From positions 452,062 to 516,061 of the forward strand of contig CAVXTP010000006.1 of assembly GCA_963764715.1 (NCBI GenBank): DNA of 64,000 nt. The letters run 5' to 3'. The position numbers and the translations under genes are program-made. Source of the DNA: an uncultured Acidobacteriota bacterium. GTDB lineage: Bacteria; Acidobacteriota; Thermoanaerobaculia; UBA5066; Gp7-AA6. Below the pieces are notes generated by a model that did not search any database, was not told the DNA's origin, and worked only from the letters and a program-made list of their open reading frames with translations. Shown piece by piece: positions 48,826 to 57,780 of this stretch. Every line of letters begins with the position of its first letter. Position 1 is the stretch's first letter.

Positions 48826-49675
48826 TCGCCTTCTCCTCGTTCCGGAACCGCCGCGCCTTGAGGGCCTCGGCGTGGACCTCCTCGAACGAGGGGATCTCGC
48901 CGTCCCACTCGAAGAGCGTGGCGACGTTGCCGGTGCGCGCGACCGAGTGCCGGTAGAGCTCCCAGACCTCCGGGATCGCGCGGTCGCTGTGCGTGTCGAG
49001 GATGTGCGTTCCCTTGTTCGTGTGGCCCGCGAGGTGGTACTGCGCCACGCGGGAGGGGTCGATCGCGTCGAGGTAGAGCTTCGGGTCGAAGCCGTGGTTG
49101 AACGCGCTGACGTACACGTTGTTGACGTCGAGGAGCATGCCGCAGTCGGCCTCCTCCATGAGCCGGCCGAAGAACTCCCACTCCGGCATGCTCGAGGCGG
49201 CGAACTCCGCGTAGGTCGACGCGTTCTCGAGAATCAGCGGCCGCTCGAGGACGTCGGAGACGACCTTCACGCGCTCGACGACGTGGGCAAGCGCCTCCTC
49301 GGTCAGCGGCATCGGGAGCAGATCGTGCGTGTTGCGTCCGGAAACGCCGGTCCAGCACAGGTGGTCGGACACCCAGAGGGCGCGGGTGCGGCCGGCGAGG
49401 GCTTTCAGTTTCGAGAGGTATTCGCGGTCGAGCGGATCGGTCGAGCCGATCGACATCGACACGCCGTGGAGGACCACGGGGTAGCGCTCGGCCACCTGGT
49501 CGAGCACCCACGCGGGACGTCCCCCCGTGTCGAGGTAATTCTCGGAGAGGACCTCGAAGAAATCGATTTCGGGACGGTGTTCGAGGATGTACGGGTAGTG
49601 GACCGTGCGCAGGCCGATGCCGACGCCGAGGTCGGGAAGGTTCCAGCGGCTTCGGGTCCGGGTCTTCACGGGCAA
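48809..49675 (-). CDS. DUF692 multinuclear non-heme iron oxidase (MNIO, BufB/HvfB-like)
   Basis: GIGLR, EVLSENY, LHGVSMSIG, SDHLCW, DLLP, LENAS, LDVNNVYV, HLAGH, DTH, EWD. Confidence 0.95.
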   Translation of the reverse strand: MPVKTRTRSRWNLPDLGVGIGLRTVHYPYILEHRPEIDFFEVLSENYLDTGGRPAWVLDQVAERYPVVLHGVSMSIGSTDPLDREYLSKLKALAGRTRALWVSDHLCWTGVSGRNTHDLLPMPLTEEALAHVVERVKVVSDVLERPLILENASTYAEFAASSMPEWEFFGRLMEEADCGMLLDVNNVYVSAFNHGFDPKLYLDAIDPSRVAQYHLAGHTNKGTHILDTHSDRAIPEVWELYRHSVARTGNVATLFEWDGEIPSFEEVHAEALKARRFRNEEKAIAAAS

Positions 49676-49748
49676 TTCGATCTCACGCTTGCAATGCGAA
49701 CCGGGGGGTGCGGCCTCCGCCGCGGCCCCCCGTTTCGTGACGGTGAAG

Positions 49749-50174
49749 TCAGGCCGCTTTCTTCGGGGCCACCGGGACCGCGCAGCCACCCTTGCCCTTG
49801 CAGGAGTTCTTGCCGGCGCAGCCGTTCTCGCCGCTCTTGCAGCCGCCCTGGCCCTTGCAGGAGTTCATGCCCTTGCAGGAGTGCTTCATGTCGGCCGAAG
49901 CGCAGCCGCCCTTGCCCTTGCAGGAGTTCTTGCCGGCGCAGCCGTTGTCGCCGGCCTTGCAGCCGCCCTTCCCCTTGCACGAGTTCATGCCCTTGCAGAC
50001 GTGCTTGTCGGAGGACGCGGTCGCCTTGTCCTTCGACTTCTCGTCGCCCGCGCTGCCGTTCTTGGCGCCGGACTTCGCTTCGTTCTTCGGCAGAGCCGAG
50101 AGCAGCTGCGAGCCCGCCAGAACGCCGGCCACCGCGAGACCGATCGCCTTCACCTTCAGATCGCCCTTCTTCAT
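49749..50174 (-). CDS. Cys-rich secreted RiPP precursor, BufA2 (bufferin)-like
   Basis: RBS AAGGAG, signal peptide, four CxGxNSCKGxGGC motifs (12 Cys) arranged as two 40-aa (120-bp) units; upstream of DUF692. Confidence 0.88.
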   Translation of the reverse strand: MKKGDLKVKAIGLAVAGVLAGSQLLSALPKNEAKSGAKNGSAGDEKSKDKATASSDKHVCKGMNSCKGKGGCKAGDNGCAGKNSCKGKGGCASADMKHSCKGMNSCKGQGGCKSGENGCAGKNSCKGKGGCAVPVAPKKAA

Positions 50175-50304
50175 CCCTGTCTCCTTTCGTCTCCCCCGTC
50201 TCGGGGTCACGAATCACCGCGTCACAGCCGACATGGCTGCCGCGAGTTACCCACGCTGCCGGGTCGAGCCGTTCGAGCCCCTCGAGCGACTTGAGCCGCG
50301 AATT

Positions 50305-50511
50305 CTATCCCCCCGCCGGGCGCTCCGCGCCACCCTTCGCCTTTCGGAAGCCGCCGCCCGACACGGTGAACGAGACCCGCGTCCCGCGCCGGTCTCCCGC
50401 GGAGTACGCGGAAACCGCCAGGACTGGATCTCGATCCGAGGAGCGGGCGAGCCGATCGAAGAGGTTGCGCGTCCGGGCATCCCCCGGCTCGCCAAAGATG
50501 TGGATGGTCAT
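50305..50511 (-). CDS. Possible small hypothetical protein
   Basis: 68-aa ORF whose ATG lies 5 nt after an ECF-type -10 element; no family recognised. Confidence 0.35.
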   Translation of the reverse strand: MTIHIFGEPGDARTRNLFDRLARSSDRDPVLAVSAYSAGDRRGTRVSFTVSGGGFRKAKGGAERPAGG

Positions 50512-50516
50512 GGGGC

Positions 50517-50544
50517 TTGGATGCCCCGGCCGTCCGGAGGTTTC
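50517..50544 (-). promoter_or_regulatory. ECF-type promoter motif upstream of the small ORF and bufferin operon
   Basis: GAAACC-N15-CATCCAA. Confidence 0.6.
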
Positions 50545-50615
50545 GTCGCTCCGGTCTCCGGGACGATCCTGAAGGATGGGTTAAGAATTCCCCGAGGAGC
50601 CCCTGACGGGCCGCC

Positions 50616-51623
50616 TCAGGCGGAGCGCGCGGGCGGGAAGCGTCCGGACTGGATGTCGTTCAGGAAACCCAGGAGGTGCCGGAAGTAGGCCTCCTGGTCG
50701 TCCCACATGGCGAGGTGGCTGCCGTTCTCGCAGATCGCAACCCGGGAGCGCGGAAGAAGCGTCCCCATCCGCCGGATGTCGTCGGGGTTCATTTCGTCGT
50801 ACTTCGCGCCGACGACGAGCGTCGGAACCGAGATCTTCGACAGGTCGTTCCACCGGTCCCAGTCCTTGAAGGTCCCCGTCACGACGAACTCGTTGGGCCC
50901 CTGCATGGTGCCGTAGACCTGGTTGTTGATGTGCTTGAACGCGCGCGCGACCGGGTCCGGCCAGGGGTCGACGCGGCAGACGTGGCGCTTGTAGACGCCC
51001 TCGAACATCGCCTCCTGGTATTCCGGTGCGTCGTACTTGCCCTGCGCCTCGTACTTCTCGAGCGTCGAGAGCAGGTCCTTCGGCAGCGCCGCGCGGAGCT
51101 TCGCGACGTAGGCCATGTACGACGGAATCGAGGCCGTCATGCTCGAGAGCACCAGGCCTTTCAGGTGCTTCTGGTACTTCAGCGCGTACTCGATCGCGAG
51201 CATGCTGCCCCAGGACTGACCATAGAGATAGAAGTCCTCGAGCCCGAGGGCCGCGCGCACCTGCTCGACCTCCTCGCGGAACCGGTCGATCGTCCAGAGC
51301 GACGGGTCGTCGGGCTGGTCGGAATAGAAGGATCCGAGCTGGTCGTAGTAGTAGAACTCGACGCCCGCCTGCGGCAGGAAGTCCTCGAAGCACTCGAAGT
51401 ACTCGTGCGTGACGCCCGGCCCGCCGTGGAGGGTCAGCATCTTGATCGGCCCCTTGCCGAGCTTCTTCGTCCAGACCTTGTACTTGCCGTCGACGGGGAT
51501 CAGCCGGATGCCGGCGGTCTTGACCGCGGGCGTCGGCGTGGGACGCGGCCGCGCCGCGGCGAAGCGGGAGTGGGCGAGCGATGCGGCGGCGAGAGACAGG
51601 AGCGCGCGGCGGTCGAGGGGCAT
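50616..51623 (-). CDS. Proline iminopeptidase-family alpha/beta hydrolase, Tat-like signal
   Basis: DRRALL, LHGGPG, YDQLG, GQSWG, YDEM, GSHL. Confidence 0.9.
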   Translation of the reverse strand: MPLDRRALLSLAAASLAHSRFAAARPRPTPTPAVKTAGIRLIPVDGKYKVWTKKLGKGPIKMLTLHGGPGVTHEYFECFEDFLPQAGVEFYYYDQLGSFYSDQPDDPSLWTIDRFREEVEQVRAALGLEDFYLYGQSWGSMLAIEYALKYQKHLKGLVLSSMTASIPSYMAYVAKLRAALPKDLLSTLEKYEAQGKYDAPEYQEAMFEGVYKRHVCRVDPWPDPVARAFKHINNQVYGTMQGPNEFVVTGTFKDWDRWNDLSKISVPTLVVGAKYDEMNPDDIRRMGTLLPRSRVAICENGSHLAMWDDQEAYFRHLLGFLNDIQSGRFPPARSA

Positions 51624-51656
51624 GGAGGAATGATAACCACGCGAAGGGCGCGGCCT

Positions 51657-51923
51657 CTATCCCTTCCTGCGCGCCCCCAGGATCGCCTGGACGAGCTCCT
51701 CGGGCGCCTCGTCGGCGGCCGGCCGGTCCGGATCCGCGTAGGCGGCGCGGCCGAGCCGGATCGACTCCCGGTACTGGCGGATGTACTCCCGGCAGGGGTC
51801 GCAGACGCCGAGGTGCCGCTCGAACTCGTGGCGGCGGTCCCCCGGCAGCTCGTTTTCGAGGTACAGGTAGAGGAAGTCCAGCAGTTCCCGGCAGGTGATG
51901 TAGGGACGCTGGTCGGCGCTCAT
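51657..51923 (-). CDS. zf-HC2 anti-sigma factor (soluble)
   Basis: ITCRELLDFL..FERHLGVCDPC..PEELVQAIL. Confidence 0.85.
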   Translation of the reverse strand: MSADQRPYITCRELLDFLYLYLENELPGDRRHEFERHLGVCDPCREYIRQYRESIRLGRAAYADPDRPAADEAPEELVQAILGARRKG

Positions 51924-51950
51924 GAGGGGCTCACACTTCACTCCCGACCC

Positions 51951-51978
51951 TTCGATGCCGGCGCGGGGGGGAGGTTTC
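51951..51978 (-). promoter_or_regulatory. ECF-type promoter motif upstream of zf-HC2
   Basis: GAAACC-N15-CATCGAA. Confidence 0.65.
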
Positions 51979-52025
51979 GGCGGATTTTCAGACGATCCCG
52001 ATCTTTGACATAATCCGCCCACTTC

Positions 52026-52361
52026 ATGGATCTGGCGACGCGAGAAGACGGCGCGGTGACGATCATCACGGTCACGGGCGACCTGGTGATCGGCGACGCC
52101 GAGTCGAACTTCAAGAAGGCGGTCACGCGCCTCCTCGAGGAGGGCCGCGTGAACCTCCTCATCGACCTTTCGGCGGTCGGCTTCCTCGACAGCTCGGGCC
52201 TCGGCGCCCTGGTCCGGGCGCTGACCAACTCGCAGAAGGAAGGCGGCCAGACGAAGCTGCTGAACGCCGGGCCCCAGATTCGCAAGCTCCTCCAGATGAC
52301 CAAGCTCGATTCGGTCTTCGAGATCCACGAGGACATGGAGGCCGCCGTCTCGAGCTTCTGA
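52026..52361 (+). CDS. STAS anti-sigma-factor antagonist
   Basis: VTGDL, LIDLSAVGFLDSSGLGALV, LLQMTKLDSVF. Confidence 0.92.
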   Translation: MDLATREDGAVTIITVTGDLVIGDAESNFKKAVTRLLEEGRVNLLIDLSAVGFLDSSGLGALVRALTNSQKEGGQTKLLNAGPQIRKLLQMTKLDSVFEIHEDMEAAVSSF

Positions 52362-52397
52362 CCCCGGTGATTCCTCTTCGTTTCCGGAAGGAGATCG

Positions 52398-54842
52398 TTG
52401 GCGGACGAACCCGAGGAGCCCGGCAGCGCAGCGGGTGACGCGGTTGGGGCGTCCGACGGGGCCGAGGCGCAGGTTTCGGCCCTGGCGGAGCTCGCCCTGT
52501 GCGAGAACCTCGCCCAGACCTCCGGCTGGGCCGCCCGCTGGAGCGCGACGATGGCCGGCGCCGACGCGACGCTCCTCTGGGCGCCCGACACCGTCCATCC
52601 CCTCTTCCTCTGCATCGGCGCCGAGGGCCCCGGCGTCGAGAAGTTCCTGAGGCGCTCGGCGCCGCGGGACACCGGCTACATCCGCGAGCTCGTCCGCGAC
52701 CGCCAGCCGCTGGTGCTGACGGGCGCCGAGCTGCCAGGCAAACGACCCGTTCGTGCGCGGCCTGACGGGCTACCGGGCCTGCATCGCCGTGCCGCTCGAG
52801 GCCGAAGGGCTCGTCGTCGGCCTGCTCGCGATCTTCTTCATCGACATGCCGAACGCCGAACACGCGCTGGCCCGCCTCGAGCGCTTCCTCGAGCAGGCGG
52901 CGCCGGCCCTCGGCCGGGCCCTGCGGTCCGAGCGCAAGACCGTCGGCATGCTGCACGCGATCGAGCGGCTGACGAACCTCTACGACCTGTCGAAGGCCTT
53001 CGGCTCGACGATCGACATCGACGAGCTCACGGCGCTCATCGTCCGCAAGGCCGCCGACTTCGTGACCGGCGAGACGGCGTGTCTCTGGGTGCTCGAGGGC
53101 GAGGACGACGTGACGGTCGCGGGGATGGCCGTCAACGAGAACTACGACGTCGAATCGCCGCCCGACGCCGTCGGCGCCGCGCTCGTCGGCGACGTGATCG
53201 CGGACCAGATCTCCATCCGGCGCAACAAGATCCCCGAGGACGACCCCGTCGCGACCGAGAATCCGGATCTACCCGGTCCGCTCGGCCCTCGCCGTGCCCC
53301 TCGTCGAGGACGAGATCTCGGTCGGAGCGCTCGTCGTCGCGAACAAGCGCGGCCGCCACCCGGAGTTCACGGCCGAAGACGAGGAGCTCTTGAACGACCT
53401 GGCCCGCCAGGCCGTCCGGGCCCTGCGGAACGCCCGCCAGCACGAGGCCGAGAAGAAGGTCGAGGAGCTCGACGCCCTGCTCGCCGTCAGCCGCGAGATC
53501 ACGGCGACCCTCGATCTCGACAAGGTGATGCAGACCGTTGTCAATGCCACGGCGGCGCTGATCGCGTACGACCGGTGCGGGATCGCCATCCAGGAGAAGG
53601 GAAAGCTGCGGCTCGGCGCGATCTCCGGTGCGACCGAGGTCGACCGGAAGGACCCCGACGCCCGCCGGATGGAAGAGCTCCTGCAGTGGGTCTATCTCTC
53701 GGGGACGGACACGGCCGTCACCCAGACGGAGGACGGCGAGATCACGGCCGACCGGCCGGAGACCGAGGAGAAGTTCCGGGCCCTCTTCCAGGAGACGGGG
53801 CTGCGGTCGTTCTTCGGCGTGCTCCTGAAGGACGAGGAGGGCAAGCTCGGCGTCCTCGGCTTCGAGAGCCGCGAGCCCCTCGCCTTCGACGAGGGGACGC
53901 GCGACCTCCTGTCGATCCTCGTCAACCAGGCGACGGTCGCCGTCCGCAACGCCCAGCTCTACCGCCAGGTACCGCTGGCCGGCTTCTGGAAGCCGCTCCT
54001 CGAGAGGAAACGCCGATTCAGCGCCGTGCCCCGGGACCCGCCGCCGCCGCTGGGCCATCGGCATCGCCGCGGCCGTCCTGGCGCTCTGCATCCTTCCGTG
54101 GCCGCTGCGGATCGCGGCGCCGGCGCGCGTCCTTCCCGGCCGGCGGGCGTCCGTGACCTCCCTCGTCGACGGCGTCGTGGCCTCGGTCCTGCACCGCGAG
54201 GGCGACCGGGTCCGGGTGGGCGAGGTCATCGCCACCCTCAAGGACGAGAGCTACGCGGCTGCGCTCGCCTCCGCCCGGTCCGCGCTCGCGATCGCGGAGA
54301 GCGACGTCGCCCGCGCGCGCGAGGCCGGCGACCCCGCCGCGGTCTTCGACGCGGCCTCGCGCCGCGACGAGGCGATGGCCCGGATCGCGCTCGAGGACGA
54401 GCGGCTCTCGCAGACGCGCCTGAAGGCGCCGGCCACCGGAGTGATCATCACGCCGCGCATCGAGGAGCGCGTCGGCCAGCTGCTGCCCCGCGGGGTCGAG
54501 CTGTGCGTCGTCGCCGACGTCAAGACCCTGACGGCGGAGGTCGCGATCCCCGAGTCGGAAGCCGGGCTCGTCGCGGCCGGCCAGCCGGCCACGCTCAAGT
54601 TCAATCCCTTCCCCGGCCGCTCCTTCCACGGGACCGTGGAGCGCGTCGCCGCCCGCGTCCGGGAGGAGGGGCCCGAGCGCTTCGTGATCGCCGAGGTCGC
54701 GATCTCGAACCCCGACGGCCTGCTCAAGACGGGAATGCTCGGCACGGCGAAGGTCCGCGCCGGAACGCGCCGCGTCATCGTCGCGCTGTTCCGCAAGCCC
54801 GTCCGGTATCTCTGGAACAAGGTCTGGCCCATTCTCCCGTGA
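52398..54842 (+). CDS. Multi-GAF domain + HlyD/RND periplasmic adaptor fusion (frameshifts near 52745, 53270, 54035)
   Basis: Three GAF-like segments (IAVPL..VGLL; VPLV..FTAEDEELL..LARQA; LLSILVNQATVAVRNAQLY), then a TM, lipoyl-like VDGVV..EGDRVRVGE, LKAPATG, and NPDGLLKTGM. Confidence 0.78.
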
Positions 54843-57034
54843 GCTCCCCGGCGCGGCCCTCGAAACTGCTGGCCGCCACGCGGCCCGAGGAAGGCGCGAT
54901 GGCCCTGGCGGCGCGGCACGGGACGGCGAGCAGCCACCCCGCCATCCGGCCGGACGCCGTCATCCGCCGGGTCGTGCAGCTCGGCGAGGTCAAGTGGGTC
55001 GTCAAGAACCCCGAGACCACCAAGTACTACAACTTCGAGGACGACGAGTGGGGCCTGATCTCCCTCTTCGACGGCACGCGCACGCTCGCCGAGATCCAGG
55101 CGGAGTACCAGGCGCGCTTTCCCCGCGAGCCCGTCGAGATGTCCCTCGTCATCGAGTACTTCGAGATGCTGCGCCAGATGGACCTCCTCGCCCAGACGGT
55201 GGCGGAGAAGAACCTGACGCTGCTCGCGAAGGCTCGCGGCGCCCGCCAGCGGGCGGCCGAGGAGAAGGCCGAGGGCTTCAATCCCTTCTTCCTCCTCTTC
55301 CACGTCCTCGACCCCAACCGCTTCCTCGACCGCACGGTCAAGTACGTCCGGTGGATCTGGACTCCCCCCGTCGTGGCGGCCGCCCTCGTCTTCAACGCCT
55401 GGGCCTTCGGCGTCATGCTGATCCACTGGGACGTCATCTGGGGCGGAACGATGGAGCTCTACGCCCTGACGTCCAAGCCCCTGATCGACGTCCTCCAGTT
55501 CTTCTTCATCCTCACCTTCATCGGCGCGATCCACGAGTTCGCCCACGCCTATGTCGTCAAGATCTACGGCGGCGACGTCCACGACATCGGGATCGCGCTG
55601 CTGTACTTCACGCCCGCGTTCTACTGCGACACGACGGACTCGGTGCTCTTCGAGAGCAAGTGGCATCGCCTCTGGGTCACGACCGCGGGTATCTACGTCG
55701 AGGCGTTCATGTGCTCGGTCGCGGTGGTGGTCTGGGTCGTCTCGTACCCGGACACGCTCCTGCACGAGATCGCCTTCAAGACGATGCTCTTCACCGGCGT
55801 GTCGACCGTCTTCTTCAACATCAACCCGCTCATCAAGATCGACGGGTACTACGCCCTTTCCTCGATCGTCGAGATCCCGGACCTGCGCGAAGAGTCGTTC
55901 CGTTACATCGGCGCGGTCTTCCAGAAATCGGTCCTGCATCTGCCGGTCGAAGTCCCGCCGGCCTCGCGCCGCAAGCGGCGGATCTACTGGATCTTCGGGC
56001 TGGCCGCCCTGGCATGGGTGACCGTGATCATGCGGTTCATCGGGGGCCTCTTCTACAACCTTTACAACCACATGTTCCCGAACTGGGCCATCGTTCTGCT
56101 CATCCTGACGATGTACCGGCTGTTCCGGAAGCGCGTGCGCCTGGTGACGCGCACCGCGCACCTCTTCTACCTCGACAAGAAGGAGCTGCTCATGTCGCCC
56201 CGCGTCCGCAACGTTCTCATCGCCGCCGCAGCGGTCCTCGCGCTGCTCGCCTTTCTCCCCTGGAGCCGGCGGACCCTGCGGGCCCCCGCGACGCTGTATC
56301 CGTACGTCAGCGTGCGCCTCGAGGCGCCGGAGGATGCGGTCGTCGCCCAGGCCCTCGTCGCCGAGGGCGACCGCGTCGAGGTCGGCCAGCCCGTCATGCG
56401 CCTCGTCAGCCCGGCCGTCGCCGAGGAGACCTTGCGCCTGACGGCCGAGAGAAGCCGGCTGACGGGCGAAGCCAGCCAGGCCCGCCAGGAGGCCTCCGCC
56501 CGCCGGGTCTTTCAGTCGGAATCCCGCGGCGGCTCGGTCGAAGCGGCGCTCCGGAGCGGACAGGCGCGGGAAGATCGTCTCCTCGTCCGCAGCCCGATCG
56601 CGGGCCGCGTGCTCACGGCCCGCCTCCAGGACCTCGAGGGACGGTCGGTCCCGGCCGGGACGGTGCTCGTGGAGGTGGGCGAAGTCGACAAGCTCCGCGC
56701 CGACCTCCCCGTGACCGAGCGGCTCCTCGACGACCTCGAGCCGAAGGACAAGGTGACGGCCCTCTTCCACGGTCGCCTGGCGCCGGCCCACGGGTTCGTG
56801 GCCTCGATCTCGCCGGCGACCCTCGCGTCGCCCGTCACGGCCAGCGCCGCGAGCGAGCCCCTCGCTCCGAAGGATCATCCGGAGCAGTTCACGGCGACGA
56901 CCGTGTTCGACAACCCCGACGGGAGCCTGCGCCCCGGAATGGTGGGTTACGCCAAGATCCACGGGCGCCGGGCCTCCTACGCCTCCCGGACCTGGCGGAT
57001 CCTCAAGCGCTGGGTGCAGTCGGTCGCTTGGTGA
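54839..57034 (+). CDS. PqqD-like domain + M50 (site-2) metallopeptidase + HlyD adaptor fusion
   Basis: VVKNPETTKYYNF..LFDGTRTLAEI (PqqD/RRE-like); HEFAH; NINPLIKIDGYY; then EGDRVEVGQ, VRSPIAG, NPDGSLRPGM. Confidence 0.85.
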   Translation: MSSPARPSKLLAATRPEEGAMALAARHGTASSHPAIRPDAVIRRVVQLGEVKWVVKNPETTKYYNFEDDEWGLISLFDGTRTLAEIQAEYQARFPREPVEMSLVIEYFEMLRQMDLLAQTVAEKNLTLLAKARGARQRAAEEKAEGFNPFFLLFHVLDPNRFLDRTVKYVRWIWTPPVVAAALVFNAWAFGVMLIHWDVIWGGTMELYALTSKPLIDVLQFFFILTFIGAIHEFAHAYVVKIYGGDVHDIGIALLYFTPAFYCDTTDSVLFESKWHRLWVTTAGIYVEAFMCSVAVVVWVVSYPDTLLHEIAFKTMLFTGVSTVFFNINPLIKIDGYYALSSIVEIPDLREESFRYIGAVFQKSVLHLPVEVPPASRRKRRIYWIFGLAALAWVTVIMRFIGGLFYNLYNHMFPNWAIVLLILTMYRLFRKRVRLVTRTAHLFYLDKKELLMSPRVRNVLIAAAAVLALLAFLPWSRRTLRAPATLYPYVSVRLEAPEDAVVAQALVAEGDRVEVGQPVMRLVSPAVAEETLRLTAERSRLTGEASQARQEASARRVFQSESRGGSVEAALRSGQAREDRLLVRSPIAGRVLTARLQDLEGRSVPAGTVLVEVGEVDKLRADLPVTERLLDDLEPKDKVTALFHGRLAPAHGFVASISPATLASPVTASAASEPLAPKDHPEQFTATTVFDNPDGSLRPGMVGYAKIHGRRASYASRTWRILKRWVQSVAW

Positions 57035-57052
57035 GCCCGGCGCGACGGCCGG

Positions 57053-57084
57053 AAAAGAAAAGCGCCCCGCCGAAGCGGGGCGCT
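57053..57084 (-). terminator. Rho-independent terminator of the repeat-peptide gene
   Basis: 10-bp stem agcgccccgc/gcggggcgct with a 4-nt loop, followed on the minus strand by TTTCTTTT. Confidence 0.85.
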
Positions 57085-57104
57085 CGAGTTGACCGAAGCC
57101 TGAC

Positions 57105-57650
57105 TTAGAAGCCCGCCTTGCCGGCGGCCCGCCCCGCGATCGACTTGCCAGCCGCGCGTCCCGCGATCGACTTGCCAGCCGCGCGTCCCGCGATCGACTT
57201 GCCAGCCGCGCGTCCCGCGATCGACTTGCCAGCCGCGCGTCCCGCGATCGACTTGCCAGCCGCACGTCCCGCGATCGACTTGCCAGCCGCGCGCCCCGCG
57301 ATCGACTTGCCAGCCGCGCGCCCCGCGATCGACTTGCCAGCCGCGCGCCCCGCGATCGACTTGCCAGCCGCGCGCCCCGCGATCGACTTGCCAGCCGCGC
57401 GCCCCGCGATCGACTTGCCAGCCGCGCGCCCCGCGATCGACTTGCCAGCCGCGCGTCCCGCGATCGACTTGCCAGCCGCACGTCCCGCGATCGACTTGCC
57501 AGCCGCACGCGCCGAAACAGCCTTCGAGGCCGGCGAGTGCGTCGGCGAACCGAACGACTCGACGCGGATCTCGGGCAGGTCCTTGCCCGTGGCTTCCTTG
57601 ATCTTGGCCTTCTGCGCGTCCGTCAGCTTGATCTTGACTTCGTTACCCAT
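57105..57650 (-). CDS. 181-aa repeat peptide: 47-aa leader + 14 x RAAGKSIAG + RAAGKAGF
   Basis: RBS AAGGAGG before the ATG, own sigma54 promoter and terminator, leader MGNEVKIKLTDAQKAKIKEATGKDLPEIRVESF. Confidence 0.8.
   Translation of the reverse strand: MGNEVKIKLTDAQKAKIKEATGKDLPEIRVESFGSPTHSPASKAVSARAAGKSIAGRAAGKSIAGRAAGKSIAGRAAGKSIAGRAAGKSIAGRAAGKSIAGRAAGKSIAGRAAGKSIAGRAAGKSIAGRAAGKSIAGRAAGKSIAGRAAGKSIAGRAAGKSIAGRAAGKSIAGRAAGKAGF
57132..57509. repeat. 27-bp tandem repeat x14 (coding)
   Basis: Unit (minus strand) CGYGCGGCTGGCAAGTCGATCGCGGGR; variation only at two synonymous positions. Confidence 0.95.
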
Positions 57651-57683
57651 GTGAACCCTCCTTCTTGTTGCCACTCGTAAGAG

Positions 57684-57698
57684 GCAAGAAGAAGGCCA
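57684..57698 (-). promoter_or_regulatory. Sigma54 (-24/-12) promoter of the repeat-peptide gene
   Basis: TGGCCT-TCTTC-TTGC with exact GG-N10-GC spacing, 33 nt upstream of the ATG. Confidence 0.75.
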
Positions 57699-57724
57699 GA
57701 TTTCCGGAACAAGCGCCAATCGGC

Positions 57725-57747
57725 AAGTCATTCAATTTGAATAACTT
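57725..57747. promoter_or_regulatory. AT-rich near-palindrome, IHF-like bending site
   Basis: aagtcattcaa-t-ttgaataactt (10/11 inverted repeat); each strand has 2 mismatches to WATCAANNNNTTR; lies between the UAS and the promoter. Confidence 0.5.
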
Positions 57748-57780
57748 ATAAAAATGGAGGTCCGGCTCGAGCCAGCGCCG

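Noticed and set aside
57117-57509. 27-bp repeat array as a CRISPR array
   Set aside because: Repeats are directly tandem with no unique spacers, the unit is a multiple of 3 within an ORF, and there are no cas genes.
57118-57654. Plus-strand ORF (PAARPAIDL)n and minus-strand (ARLASRSRG)n frame as the real product
   Set aside because: RBS, sigma54 promoter and terminator polarity all fit the minus-strand RAAGKSIAG frame. Variation is non-synonymous in the ARLASRSRG frame. It is also synonymous in the plus-strand shadow frame, so that frame is excluded only by the expression signals.
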